NCBI GenBank assembly: GCA_965243135.1
Contig: OZ251539.1
Span: 3,264,001-3,328,000 of the forward strand
Direction: 5' to 3'
DNA: 64,000 bases
Source of the DNA: Alphaproteobacteria bacterium
GTDB lineage: Bacteria > Pseudomonadota > Alphaproteobacteria > MPNO01 > UBA830
In this document: positions 21,061-31,412 of the stretch, piece after piece
Numbering within the stretch: the stretch's first letter is position 1
How the letters are laid out: each line of letters begins with the position of its first letter
Made by a program: the position numbers and the translations under genes
Notes under the pieces: generated by a model
The model's input: the letters and a program-made list of their open reading frames with translations, nothing else
Database searches by the model: none
Told to the model about the DNA's origin: nothing

Positions 21061-21864
21061 ATGATGAAATACGAAAGCATCCGTTACGAAACGGCGGAGG
21101 GCGTCGCGAAAATCGTCTTCGACCTCCCGCGATACGGCAACGCGCTGGACTTGACCGGCGTTCGCGAAACCCTTGACGCGCTGGTCCGCTCGGAGGCCGA
21201 CGACGCGGTCGGCGCCGTCATGTTCATCGGCTCAGGCAAGGCTTTCTGCTCGGGCTTCAATCTGAAGGAAATTCCGGAAGCGCGGGAGGAAATTCCCGGC
21301 CATTTCCGCGAACTCGCGATGTGGTGGCACCAGGTCTTTCACAAAGTGGTCCATCTCGGGAAACCGGTCTTTTCGGCGGTCAACGGGGTCGCGGCCGGTT
21401 CCGGCCTCGGCCTCGCCCTGTGCTCGGACATGGCGATCTGCACCGACGACGCCCGTTTCCTCTGCGCATGGCATTCGATCGGCCTCGCCAACGACGCGAC
21501 CACGAGCTATTCGCTGGCGAAGATCGTCGGCTTCCGCCGCGCCATGGAACTGATGATGACCAACCGGACGCTCGACGCGCGGGAAGCGCTCGAATGGCAG
21601 ATCGTCAACCGGGTCTACGAGCGGGGCGAATTCGAGAAAAACGCCTGGTCGATCGCGAAGGATCTCGCGGCGGGGCCGACGCACCTGCAAGCCATGGCGA
21701 GAGAAAGCTTTCACCAGGGCTGGCGGCGTTCGGTCGAGGAAGCGACGGAATGCGAGATCCGCAACGTCATGCGGTCGGTGGACGACCCTTTCTTCGGAAA
21801 GGCGCTCGAGCGTTTCCTGGACGGGAACTCCCGCAGCGACGCGCCGGTCGTGCGGCTGCCCTGA
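21061..21864 (+). CDS. fcbB: 4-chlorobenzoyl-CoA dehalogenase-like protein (crotonase fold)
   Basis: FCSGF, WWHQ (catalytic His), CAWHSIGLANDATTSYSL (Trp and nucleophile Asp), RRAMELMMTNRTL, PTHLQ; all match the FcbB pattern. Confidence 0.9.
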   Translation: MMKYESIRYETAEGVAKIVFDLPRYGNALDLTGVRETLDALVRSEADDAVGAVMFIGSGKAFCSGFNLKEIPEAREEIPGHFRELAMWWHQVFHKVVHLGKPVFSAVNGVAAGSGLGLALCSDMAICTDDARFLCAWHSIGLANDATTSYSLAKIVGFRRAMELMMTNRTLDAREALEWQIVNRVYERGEFEKNAWSIAKDLAAGPTHLQAMARESFHQGWRRSVEEATECEIRNVMRSVDDPFFGKALERFLDGNSRSDAPVVRLP

Positions 21865-21883
21865 CCGGCGGACGGGCGCGGCA

Positions 21884-23209
21884 ATGTTCCGGAAGCGCGG
21901 ACGGCCCCTCCACATGGGCCGCTTCCCGATGGAGAAGATCAGGCGGGTCGACCGGCCGACGACCCTGATCACCGACGAAATCAAGCGCGTTCCCAAGCGC
22001 GCCGGCTTCTTCGTCCGCGCCTTTTTCGGCGATCTCGGCCCCAAGGCCGGAAAGGAAATCCGCAGATTCATCACCAAGAACCCGCTCAACGCGGCGATGG
22101 GACATCTGCACTGGACGCAGGTTCCCGTCCATCGCGGAGAGCCGTACGCCGACCCGGCGGAGCTGCCCGACGATCCCGAAGAGCTGGCGAGGCACCTCAA
22201 ATCCCTCTGCTACTTTCTCGACGCCGACATCGTCGGCATCTGCGAATGCCCGGAGTGGGCGTGGTACAGCCACGACATGGACGGAAAGCCCATAGACGCG
22301 AAGCACAAATACGCGATCGTCATCGTCGTCGACCAGCGCTGGGAAACCCTGGAAGCGTCGTCGGGAGACGACTGGGTTTCGGGCGCGCAGAGCTATCGAG
22401 CCTACCTGAAAGGGTCGACCATATCCGTGGTCGTCGCCGACTACATCCGCCGTTTGGGCCACGAGGCGCAGGCGCATTCCAACGCCGACGGCGACGTGCT
22501 GCAGATACCTCTGATGCTGCTCGCGGGTCTCGGGGAGATGAGCCGCATCGGCGAACTGGTCCTCAATCCCTTCGTCGGTCCGCGGCACAAGACCGCCGTC
22601 GTCACGACCAACCTTCCTCTCGCGGTCGACAAGCCGATCGATTTCGGGCTGCAGGATTTCTGCGCCAAGTGCATGAAATGCGCCCGCGAATGCCCGGCGC
22701 AGGCGATCCCGTTCGGCGGCAAGGTGCTCTACAACGGCTACGAGACCTGGAAGCCCGACGTCGAAAAATGCACGAAGTACCGGGTGACCAATCCCAAGGG
22801 TTCGTCCTGCGGCCGGTGCATGAAGATGTGCCCCTGGAACAAGGAGGGTTTGCTGCGGCACCGGCTCGCGATGTGGGCGGCCATCAGGTTGAAATGGTCG
22901 CGCCGCCTTTTGATCTGGCTGGACGACAAGATGGGATACGGCAGGCGCGATCCGGCGAACAAGTGGTGGTTCGACCTCGAAACGGCGAAGAAGAACGGGC
23001 GCGCCTTCGTCAGCGGGAAGGCGAGCGAGCGCGACCTCTCGCTCGACCGGGATACTTCCGGGGGCAACGACGGGATCGCGGTCTATCCCGTCGAGACTCT
23101 TCCGGAGGCCGATCGGAAGGAAGCCGTGCCTACCGACCGCCGAACCGGGTTGCGCGACACGAGGAATGCCGAGGCCGCCCTGCGGCGCGCGAAACAGGCG
23201 CGCAACTGA
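21884..23209 (+). CDS. rdhA: Reductive dehalogenase, cytoplasmic/catabolic type, with two 4Fe-4S motifs
   Basis: ADIVGIC, AGLGEMSRIG, FCAKCMKCARECP, CGRCMKMCPWN, KWWFDLE; no TAT leader. Confidence 0.88.
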   Translation: MFRKRGRPLHMGRFPMEKIRRVDRPTTLITDEIKRVPKRAGFFVRAFFGDLGPKAGKEIRRFITKNPLNAAMGHLHWTQVPVHRGEPYADPAELPDDPEELARHLKSLCYFLDADIVGICECPEWAWYSHDMDGKPIDAKHKYAIVIVVDQRWETLEASSGDDWVSGAQSYRAYLKGSTISVVVADYIRRLGHEAQAHSNADGDVLQIPLMLLAGLGEMSRIGELVLNPFVGPRHKTAVVTTNLPLAVDKPIDFGLQDFCAKCMKCARECPAQAIPFGGKVLYNGYETWKPDVEKCTKYRVTNPKGSSCGRCMKMCPWNKEGLLRHRLAMWAAIRLKWSRRLLIWLDDKMGYGRRDPANKWWFDLETAKKNGRAFVSGKASERDLSLDRDTSGGNDGIAVYPVETLPEADRKEAVPTDRRTGLRDTRNAEAALRRAKQARN

Positions 23210-23520
23210 AGCAACTTGACGTCCCGCCGCGCTGACGCGTTCTCCGCAGGAACGCCCCGGGCGCGTCCGCTTGTCGCCGCCGTCGGCAACTCCGCTCGCC
23301 GACGCCCGGTGCGCTTGCGCGCAACGAGACCGGGGATCGAGGCGTGCCGCCGGCGGCGCGAGGTCCGGGCGACAGGCTTTCCGTTCCGCATGAACCTCGC
23401 CGGACCGCCTCTCCGCCCAACAACTCTCCGCATGAGCCTTGATTTTCCGAGGATTTCCCAAAAAAATCCTTGTATTTTTCCAAAAAACTTGTCGTTTGCG
23501 TGAAAATGGCGGACTTCATC

Positions 23521-23754
23521 ATGGTCGAAGCCACGATCACCTTGAGAGGGCAAACGACGTTGCCGAAATCCGTCCGAAAGGCGCTCGGCGTCGGGGCAGG
23601 AGACCGCATACGTTATGTCATTGAAGACGGTCAGGTTCGCGTCTTGCCCGTTCGCCCGCTCGACCGGCTATTCGGCGCGTTGAACTACGACGGGCCGCTC
23701 GCAACGCTGGAGGATATGGAGCGCGCGATCGCCGAAGGCGCCGATGAAACATGA
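23521..23754 (+). CDS. AbrB/MazE-type antitoxin
   Basis: ITLRGQTTLPKSVRKALGV..GDRIRY. Confidence 0.85.
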   Translation: MVEATITLRGQTTLPKSVRKALGVGAGDRIRYVIEDGQVRVLPVRPLDRLFGALNYDGPLATLEDMERAIAEGADET

Positions 23755-24115
23755 TCGCACCAATGTTCTCGTCCGGTGCGAGAGACGACGCCGAACAGGC
23801 GGAAGCCGCGCGCGCTGTCGGGAGAGCTAACGGAAGAACGCCCGGGCCTCGTCCGCCGCGAGGTCATGGTCGAACTTGTTTGGGCACTGCGTCGCACGTA
23901 CGGAATCTCCCGCAGCCAGGAGGCCGACATGCTCGAAGAACTGGTTATCTCGAAGGAACTCGAAGTCGAGGCAGGGGTTGACGTCGCGAGCGCCGCTCTC
24001 CGCTACCGTCAGGGCATTGCGGATTTTATTTCAGCCGCGGCGGAACGATCAGGCGCGTCCGCACCTTCGACCGAAAGGCCGCAAGGCTCGACTCCGCGGC
24101 GCTGCTGGAGCAACC
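23751..24115 (+). pseudogene. PIN-domain (VapC-like) toxin, frameshifted
   Basis: ATGA overlap with the antitoxin; MIA..NVLVR, DDAEQAEAAR and VMVELVWALRRTY..ADF lie in different frames. Confidence 0.75.
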
Positions 24116-24368
24116 AACGGCTTGAGCGAAGCCGCGCCTCGGACCTCGCCGGTCTGCCTGCCGAACGAACAACGGCGGACCCGGCCGGGGGGCGCAGCAA
24201 CGAACGAACGGCCACGGCGCGCGATCTCGCGCCGCCGACGTACCGCGCCGGACGATTCGCAGGCTCCTGCAGCACCCCTGCCGCCGGCAAACCTCCGGCG
24301 CGCAATTGCGCTCCGGGCCGGCAACGCCCCTGGCGCCTGCGCAAGGCAAGGCGCTCAGGCGAAACCGG

Positions 24369-25391
24369 TCAGCCGGCCGAACCTGACAAGCGCTCCGCCC
24401 GATCGTCGACCTCGTCCGCGAGACGCGCCTTTTCCGCATCGTCGAGGAACGATGCGGCGACGGAGTTGCGCGCCAGCGCGACGACGTCCTCGATCGACAG
24501 ATCGAGCGCATCCTTCACGGCGATGTAGTTGTCCGCGACGTACCCCCCGAAATAAGCCGGATCGTCGGAGTTCACCGTCACCATCAGCCCCGCGTCCAGC
24601 ATCCGCTTGAGCGGATGGTCGCGCATGTCCGTCACCCCGCACAGCTTGAGATTGGACAATGGACAGACGGTCAACGGCACCTGCTCGTCCGCGAGGCGCC
24701 GAACCAGCGCCGGATCCTCCAGCGCCCGGTTGCCGTGATCGATCCGGGCGACCTGGAGCAGATCGAGCGCCTCGCGGACGTATTCCGGAGGGCCTTCCTC
24801 GCCGGCATGGGCGACGGTCAGGAATCCCGCCTCGCGCGCCTTCCTGAATACCCGCTCGAACTTCCGGGGCGGATGTCCCCGCTCGGTGGAGTCCAGGCCG
24901 ACCGCGGCAATCCGGTCGCGATAGGGCATCGCCTGCTCCAGGGTCCGGAACGCGTCCTCCTCGTCCAGGTGCCGAAGAAAGCACATGATCAGTCGCGAGG
25001 TAACGCCGGTCTCCTCCAAACCCGCATCCAAGCCGCGCCGAACGCCCTCGATCGCCGTCTCGAACGGGACCCCGCGCTCCGTGTGGCCCTGCGGATCGAA
25101 GAAAATCTCCGCGTGCGCGACGCCGTCGCGGCGCGCGCGCCGCAGATAGGCCGTCGTAAGGTCGCAGAAATCCTCTTCGCGCAGCAATACGCTCATGCCC
25201 TGGTAGTAGATGTCGAGAAACGACTGCAGGTTTTCGAAAGAGTAGGCGGCGCGGACCTCTTCGACCGAACCGAAGGGAAGTTCCACGCCGTTGCGGCGGG
25301 CAAGCTCGAACATGAGCTCCGGTTCCAGAGTGCCTTCGATGTGGACGTGCAGTTCGGTTTTCGGAAGTTTCCGTATGAAGTCGTCGGTCAT
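24369..25391 (-). CDS. Adenine/adenosine deaminase
   Basis: LPKTELHVHIEGTLEP, AHAGEEG, RIDHG, TVCPLSN, NSDDP. Confidence 0.95.
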   Translation of the reverse strand: MTDDFIRKLPKTELHVHIEGTLEPELMFELARRNGVELPFGSVEEVRAAYSFENLQSFLDIYYQGMSVLLREEDFCDLTTAYLRRARRDGVAHAEIFFDPQGHTERGVPFETAIEGVRRGLDAGLEETGVTSRLIMCFLRHLDEEDAFRTLEQAMPYRDRIAAVGLDSTERGHPPRKFERVFRKAREAGFLTVAHAGEEGPPEYVREALDLLQVARIDHGNRALEDPALVRRLADEQVPLTVCPLSNLKLCGVTDMRDHPLKRMLDAGLMVTVNSDDPAYFGGYVADNYIAVKDALDLSIEDVVALARNSVAASFLDDAEKARLADEVDDRAERLSGSAG

Positions 25392-25473
25392 CTCAAGCCT
25401 TTCCTCGGTGCGCAAACGGATCTGGAATGCTACGCTCGACGGCATCGCCAACCAAGTAAGGGACCTCGCGGAG

Positions 25474-27105
25474 ATGGGCAACGAAAAATCGTTCGATTAC
25501 GTGATCGTCGGCGCAGGGTCGGCAGGTTGCACGCTCGCGAACCGGCTGACGGAAGATCCGGAGATCCGCGTGCTCGTGATCGAGGCCGGCGGCAGCGACC
25601 GACATCCCTACATCACGGTTCCCCTCGGCTGGGGAAAGATTCTGTTCGAACGGCTGTTCGACTGGGGCTACTTCACGCAGCCCGAAGCCCGGTTCGACGG
25701 GCGCGAGGTCGAATGCGCGCGCGGCAAGGTTCTGGGGGGATCTTCGTCCATCAACGCCATGGGCTACGTGCGCGGCCATCGGGAAGACTACGATCGCTGG
25801 AGCCGCAACGGCTGCAAGGGCTGGTCCTACGCCGAATGCCTGCCCTATTTCCGGAAATCGGAGGACTGGGAAAAGGGCGGCGACGACTATCGCGGCGCCG
25901 GCGGCCCTCTGACCACGATCGAAAACAAGTACCCCGACCCGCTCCTGCAGGCGTGGCTGGACGCCGGAGAGGCGGCGGGCTACGGAACCACTCCCGACTT
26001 CAACGGCGCCAGGAACGAGGGACTCGGAGTCTTCCAGTCCACCATACGCAACGGTCGCCGATGCAGCGCCGCGGTGGCCTATCTGCGCCCGGCCATGCGG
26101 AGGCCGAACCTCTCCGTCGTCACGAAGGCGCTCGCCGGCAAGGTCGTTCTGGAGGGCTCGCGCGCCGTCGGCGTCGAATACTCCGTCTCCGGAGGCGCTC
26201 CCGAAGTCGCGCGCGCGGACCGCGAGGTCATCCTGTCCGGCGGAGTGATCAACTCGCCGCAATTGTTGATGCTGTCGGGGATCGGAGACGGAGACCGCCT
26301 GAAGGCGCACGGGATCGAGGCGGCCGTCCACGCTCCCGGCGTGGGCCGGAACCTGCAGGATCACCTGTCCGTGGGCGTCGAATACGAGAGAATCGGCGAC
26401 GGGCCGTTCGTCGGCCTGCTGCGCTACGACAGGATCGCTCTCGCGATGATGCGGGCGTACTTCTTCGGCACCGGCTTCGCCACCGAAATGCCGGGCCCCC
26501 TGACCGGCTTTCTGCATTCGAAGGACGGACTGGCGCAGCCCGACATCCAGCTCCTCGCCCGCTTCATACCGCCGGAGTCGCAACCGTGGTTCCCGGGCGC
26601 GCGCCGCAAGCCCACGGACGCCTTCATGGTCCGGCCCGTCCTGCTGCACCCGGCGAGCCGCGGCGAGCTGACGCTGAAGTCCGCGGACCCGGCCGACCAC
26701 ATGCTGATCCATCAGAACTTCCTGGCCGAGCCGGAAGACCGGCAGACGCTGCGCGACGGCATCGAGATGGTGCGCCGCATCGCTTCGCAGAAACCGCTCG
26801 ACGGATTTCGCGGACCGGAGATCCAGCCGGGGAACGAACCCGTCGACGACTTCATCAAGCGGACCGCATGGACCGCCCATCACCCGCTCGGCACCTGCAA
26901 GATGGGCCCCGACGACGACCCGCTCGCCGTCGTCGATTCGGAACTGCGCGTTCGGGGCGCCGAAAACCTGCGCGTCGTCGACGGATCCGTGTTTCCCGAC
27001 ATGATCGGCGGCAACATCAATGCGCCGATCATCATGTTCGCGGAGCGCATCTCCGACCTGCTTCGCGGACGAAAACCGCTCGCCCCCGCGAAGGTCGCGG
27101 CCTGA
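25474..27105 (+). CDS. GMC-family oxidoreductase (choline dehydrogenase-like)
   Basis: IVGAGSAG, GKVLGGSSSIN, GRNLQDH, HPLGTCKMG, GNINAP. Confidence 0.95.
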   Translation: MGNEKSFDYVIVGAGSAGCTLANRLTEDPEIRVLVIEAGGSDRHPYITVPLGWGKILFERLFDWGYFTQPEARFDGREVECARGKVLGGSSSINAMGYVRGHREDYDRWSRNGCKGWSYAECLPYFRKSEDWEKGGDDYRGAGGPLTTIENKYPDPLLQAWLDAGEAAGYGTTPDFNGARNEGLGVFQSTIRNGRRCSAAVAYLRPAMRRPNLSVVTKALAGKVVLEGSRAVGVEYSVSGGAPEVARADREVILSGGVINSPQLLMLSGIGDGDRLKAHGIEAAVHAPGVGRNLQDHLSVGVEYERIGDGPFVGLLRYDRIALAMMRAYFFGTGFATEMPGPLTGFLHSKDGLAQPDIQLLARFIPPESQPWFPGARRKPTDAFMVRPVLLHPASRGELTLKSADPADHMLIHQNFLAEPEDRQTLRDGIEMVRRIASQKPLDGFRGPEIQPGNEPVDDFIKRTAWTAHHPLGTCKMGPDDDPLAVVDSELRVRGAENLRVVDGSVFPDMIGGNINAPIIMFAERISDLLRGRKPLAPAKVAA

Positions 27106-27115
27106 GGAGAACGCG

Positions 27116-27571
27116 ATGAACAGCGTCATCGAGGTCGAACGCGTCGATCACGTCGGCATACGGGTTTCGGACGGGGACCGCGCGGTCCGGTTCTACGAAT
27201 TGCTGGGATTCGAAGTCGTCGAGCGCGTCTCTTTCGATCCGGTGATCATCATCCGCAATCCGAGGAACGTGGAGATCAATCTGATCGCGAACGCGGCGCC
27301 CGAACACGACGGCAGCAACGTTCTCATGGACGCCGGCGCCAAATACGCCGGCATGACCCATCTGGCGCTGCGGGTCTCTTCGATCTCCGAAACGATGGAT
27401 ATCCTCAAGCGGGAAGGCATCGAGATCACCCAGGGTCCGGTCGCGTTCGGCCGCGACGGGCACGTATCGCTGTTCGTCCGGGATCCGGATCGCAACGTCA
27501 TCGAACTGCGCGCCCGCGCGGAAAACCTTGCGGAAATCGAAGGACTCCGGCAATATGAAAACTTGAATTAG
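27116..27571 (+). CDS. VOC/glyoxalase family protein
   Basis: DHVGIRV, THLAL, FVRDPDRNVIEL. Confidence 0.9.
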   Translation: MNSVIEVERVDHVGIRVSDGDRAVRFYELLGFEVVERVSFDPVIIIRNPRNVEINLIANAAPEHDGSNVLMDAGAKYAGMTHLALRVSSISETMDILKREGIEITQGPVAFGRDGHVSLFVRDPDRNVIELRARAENLAEIEGLRQYENLN

Positions 27572-27835
27572 ACTGCGGTTGGAGCGGGCGCCAGCGTCCG
27601 GACGGAGACCTGAACGGTTCCGGACGTCCGGCGGGGACTTGAAGAATCAACGAACGGAACCGGGCGCAGCGGCCTTTCCTCCGAAACGAAGAAGCCGCGC
27701 GACGGCAAGCGGGGCCGGTCTTGTCGCCGGGGAGCCGCGCGCGATGAACGGCCTTCCCGCTCCCGCGGCTCGCTCCCGACCTTCGGAACCGGAACGACCT
27801 TCTGAGGGCCGCGGCCCCACAACGGAGAGGAAAAC

Positions 27836-28336
27836 ATGAAGAAATCCAGCAAAATCGCGTCCGCGGTCATAGCGGGCGCCGTCTGCACGGCGCAGATCGC
27901 CGTCGCCGACGAGAGCGGAAGCTTCGACGCGATCGAAAGCGCGGTCCACGACTATACGGTGATGGAGCACGCGGGGACGACCATCACCAGCGGTCCGCTG
28001 CATGGAACGACCACCGTCCTCAACAGCAGCGGCGGCCCTTTCGCGGAGGGCAGCCATCACAGCGCCACCTGCCTGGTCTATGCGAAGAAATCGGCTGGCG
28101 GCGTGGATCTTGAAGCGCCCTGCGTCTTCACCGACTCGTCGGGCGACAAATGGTACCTGATAGCCAAAAGAAGCGCTGGAGACACCGCTGTCGGCGGCGG
28201 CGGCAAGGGCAACCAACGCATCGTCGGCGGCACCGGCAAATACGCCGGCATCACCGGAAACTGTCCCTACGAGACCAAATATCTCCCGAACAAATGGCTC
28301 GTCTCGACCTCGACCTGCACCTGGCAAAAACCGTGA
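27836..28336 (+). CDS. Secreted beta-barrel hypothetical protein (allene oxide cyclase/dirigent-like), copy 1
   Basis: Signal peptide, four Cys in the mature part, IVGGTGKYAGITG. Confidence 0.75.
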   Translation: MKKSSKIASAVIAGAVCTAQIAVADESGSFDAIESAVHDYTVMEHAGTTITSGPLHGTTTVLNSSGGPFAEGSHHSATCLVYAKKSAGGVDLEAPCVFTDSSGDKWYLIAKRSAGDTAVGGGGKGNQRIVGGTGKYAGITGNCPYETKYLPNKWLVSTSTCTWQKP

Positions 28337-28613
28337 TCCCGCTTCCGCCGCCCGCGACGCGGGAACGGCGGTCGGCAGCCGGTACGCAAGGATCCTGGAA
28401 CGACCCGCGGCGAACCGGTTTCCCGGATCGTGGAGCTCGCCGCGGGAATCGAAATGCGCCTTCGGCATTCGCGCGATCCTGCGGTCTATAGCCGGCGCCG
28501 CGCGGCGGCGCGCCGGGTATGGCAGGCAACTCTCGCTCTTCCGAGGCGCGGTCCCGCTCTCGGAACCGAAGGGATCTTCCGACGGCCGCGGCCCGGCAAC
28601 CGGTGAGGAAAGC

Positions 28614-29096
28614 ATGAAGAAATCCGGCAAAATCGCCTCCGCCGCCATAGTTGGCGTCGTTTGCGCGGCGCGGATCGCCGTCGCCGGCGAGAGCGGAAGC
28701 TTCGACCTGCTCGAAAGCTACGTCCACGACTATACGGTCATGGAACATCGGGGAACCGCCATCACCGGCGGTCCGCTGCATGGAACGGCGACCATCGTCA
28801 GGAGCGGCGCCGGCCCTTTCGCGCAGGGCAGCCGTCACAGCGCCAAGTGTCTCGTCTACGCGAAGGAATCGGCCGGCGGCGCCGATCTCGAGGCGCCCTG
28901 CGTCTTCGCCGACTCGTCGGGCGACAAATGGTACATGCTGGTGAAAGAAAGCGATGCCGGCGGCAAGGGCAACCAGCGCATCGTCGGCGGCACCGGCAAA
29001 TTCGCCGGCGTCGCCGGAAACTGCTCCTACGAGCTTGGAAATCTCCCGGACAAATGGCTCGTCGTCGCCTCCACCTGCGCCTGGCAAAAACCGTGA
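28614..29096 (+). CDS. Secreted beta-barrel hypothetical protein, copy 2 (tandem paralog)
   Basis: Collinear with copy 1, same four Cys, one 6-aa deletion. Confidence 0.75.
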   Translation: MKKSGKIASAAIVGVVCAARIAVAGESGSFDLLESYVHDYTVMEHRGTAITGGPLHGTATIVRSGAGPFAQGSRHSAKCLVYAKESAGGADLEAPCVFADSSGDKWYMLVKESDAGGKGNQRIVGGTGKFAGVAGNCSYELGNLPDKWLVVASTCAWQKP

Positions 29097-29310
29097 CCTT
29101 GGCGTCTACCTCCTGAAGCGCGCGCCGCCGGGAAAGAGGGAGCGCCAGACGCCGGGCGAGCGTCGCGCCGGGAAGCCGGAAGATGCCTTCGCGCGGCGTC
29201 CGGCGGATCGCCCCGCCGCAAGTCGGCAACCACCGCAACGCGCCGGACGCGCCCGAAACCCGGAGGCAAGACCGCGCCTCGCTCCCCGGCGTCCCGGCGC
29301 GTTCGCCAAC

Positions 29311-29841
29311 TCAAAGCCACCATTGCATGACGTAATCGTAAGGGCCTTCGCGGTTGACCAGATCGACCCGCTGCAGCGCAATGCGGTACCCGTCGTCGGC
29401 CTTCTTCAGGAAATGACGGTACCGGCCGCAAAAATGCCGGACGCTGTAGCGCAGGTATTCGGCGCAGTAGAAGCGCGACCTCGCGACGATATCGCCGTTC
29501 GCGTCCTCGCTTTCCACGATCACCCCGGAAACCACGTGGCACAGCCGGTTGTTCGGAGACTGGCTGTGCGCTCGCGGATGGTCGTTGCGGCGGATGCGCA
29601 TCAGCATCAGTTCGCGGTCTTCCCAGAAAATGTTGGGGACGCCGTCGCCGTCCGTCTGGTCTTCCTCCGCCGGCATCCAGTACCGCCCGTCCGCGGCGAA
29701 CAGGGCGAGCCATTCGTCCCATCGCTTCTCGTCGAGGATCTCGGCCTGGAGGTAAAGAAAGCGCTCGACCGCAAGCTGCGTCTCGACGGAGACGTCGGCC
29801 GTCGCGAACGGAGCCGCGAGCTTCTCCGTGGCGGCGCTCAC
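29311..29841 (-). CDS. Ring-hydroxylating dioxygenase beta subunit
   Basis: FLYLQAEILDEKRWDEWL..YWMP..HSQSP..RVDLVN. Confidence 0.9.
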   Translation of the reverse strand: MSAATEKLAAPFATADVSVETQLAVERFLYLQAEILDEKRWDEWLALFAADGRYWMPAEEDQTDGDGVPNIFWEDRELMLMRIRRNDHPRAHSQSPNNRLCHVVSGVIVESEDANGDIVARSRFYCAEYLRYSVRHFCGRYRHFLKKADDGYRIALQRVDLVNREGPYDYVMQWWL

Positions 29842-31169
29842 GATCTCTCCTCCTCGCCGGCCGACGTCAGATAGTCCCGCCATGCGTGCATCATGTGGCG
29901 CATGGGCATTTCGCTCATGCTCTTGGGCGCGGACCGCCGCGCGTCGCCTTCGACCACGTCCTGGCCGGCGTTGCGGTGAAAGCTCACCCAGTCGCCGCCT
30001 TTCGACGCGAGGCCGTGCTGGCATTTCCACCAGTTGAACAGGTCGTCGGCGTTCACCATCGTCGAGGGCGAATTCACGAGATAGTAGTAGGCCAGCGACC
30101 GGCGATAGATCGGCTCCGGCGCCCCCTTCAGCCGGAAGTGCCAGATTTCGGTCAACGTGCGATCCGGTCCGAGCGGCCGCACGGCGCGAAGCTGCTGCAA
30201 CAGCGGCTGGACCGACAGGCAGGGATAGATCAGGACGTGGTGCAGGTTGACGCCGAGGATTTCCTCGGCTCGCTCTTCGCCGTAGGCGTCGTACATCAGC
30301 TTGACGTAGGCGTTCGTGTCCGGATCGTCCGGGCGCAGGCCCATGTAGCCTTCGAGCATGCAGTGGCCCCGCGGATAGCCGACCGTGCCGAACTTGTCCC
30401 ACCCTTCGATGCCGAGACGCGCGAAGTCCGACAGGAACGAGTATTCGAGCGGCACGTCGCGGCCCTCCTGCCGCAGCTCCTGCTCGACGGTCCTGGCGGC
30501 GACGCCGGCGGATTCGTGCGTCGCGCCGGGATGCGAGGCGTCGAGTTGGTTCTCCAGGAAGATCTTCCAGTTGGATTGCTGGATCATGTGGAAGCAGTCG
30601 CCGACGACTTCGGTCTCTCCGTCCGGCGCCCGGTCGACCAGTTGGTCGAGAGCCGTCTTCGCCGGACCCAGATGGCTCTCGAGATCGGGGACGTCCTCGC
30701 TGACCGAGGCGAACCAGAACCCGCGGTAACTGGCGGATTTCGCCGGCTTCCGAACGTGAAACTCCGGATCGTCGGAGGAAAAGCCGGTTCCGTCGTAGCC
30801 GCCGACCGCCGGAACGCTCTCGATCTTGCCGTCGAGATGGAACATCCAGGCGTGATACGAGCAACGCAAGGCCTTGCCGGCGTTGCCCTTGCGCGCGGTG
30901 CACAACTGCGCGCCGCGGTGCGGGCACCGATTGTAAAGCACGTGCACCTGGCCGTCGCGGTCTCGCGTCATCATCATCGGCTGGCGTCCGACCCTGGCGA
31001 GGTAGTAATCGCCCGGGTTCTTCACCTGGCTTTCGTGCCCGACGTAGATCCAATTGCGCTCGAAGATGCGCTCCATCTCGAGGTCGAAAAGATCCGGATC
31101 CGTATACGCTTTCCGATGCGCCCGATCCGGCTGAACCAGATCGGCGATCTCTGCATTGGACCATGCCAT
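29838..31169 (-). CDS. Rieske oxygenase alpha subunit
   Basis: CPH..CSYH, NWKIFLENQLDASHPGATH. Confidence 0.92.
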   Translation of the reverse strand: MAWSNAEIADLVQPDRAHRKAYTDPDLFDLEMERIFERNWIYVGHESQVKNPGDYYLARVGRQPMMMTRDRDGQVHVLYNRCPHRGAQLCTARKGNAGKALRCSYHAWMFHLDGKIESVPAVGGYDGTGFSSDDPEFHVRKPAKSASYRGFWFASVSEDVPDLESHLGPAKTALDQLVDRAPDGETEVVGDCFHMIQQSNWKIFLENQLDASHPGATHESAGVAARTVEQELRQEGRDVPLEYSFLSDFARLGIEGWDKFGTVGYPRGHCMLEGYMGLRPDDPDTNAYVKLMYDAYGEERAEEILGVNLHHVLIYPCLSVQPLLQQLRAVRPLGPDRTLTEIWHFRLKGAPEPIYRRSLAYYYLVNSPSTMVNADDLFNWWKCQHGLASKGGDWVSFHRNAGQDVVEGDARRSAPKSMSEMPMRHMMHAWRDYLTSAGEEERS

Positions 31170-31412
31170 TGCCTTGCCCCCATTCTCGACGAATTCGCTT
31201 CAAGTCTGACACATCTTGCGACAGAATCCAGAGATCCGAAAGGCGCGCCGCCGTTCCCGAGGCCGAATTCCGCCGCGCGGCCGCGCTCCGCGAAGGAACG
31301 GCGGCGCGAACGCCGCAGCTTGCGCCGGCCCGTCCGCATTCGCGCGCGGCGGTTGAACCGCCGGGGCCCTTGCGGTCTAATTCGCCGACAACGGAAATCG
31401 GGAGGAAAACCA

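Noticed and set aside
21884-23209. Epoxyqueuosine reductase QueG as an alternative call
   Set aside because: The N-terminus, the AGLGEMSRIG..NPF and KWWFDLE motifs and the dehalogenase context fit a catabolic RdhA better.
23451-23469. GGATTT-N7-AAATCC inverted repeat upstream of the antitoxin as a possible operator
   Set aside because: Plausible, but 6-bp arms in an AT-rich patch can arise by chance.
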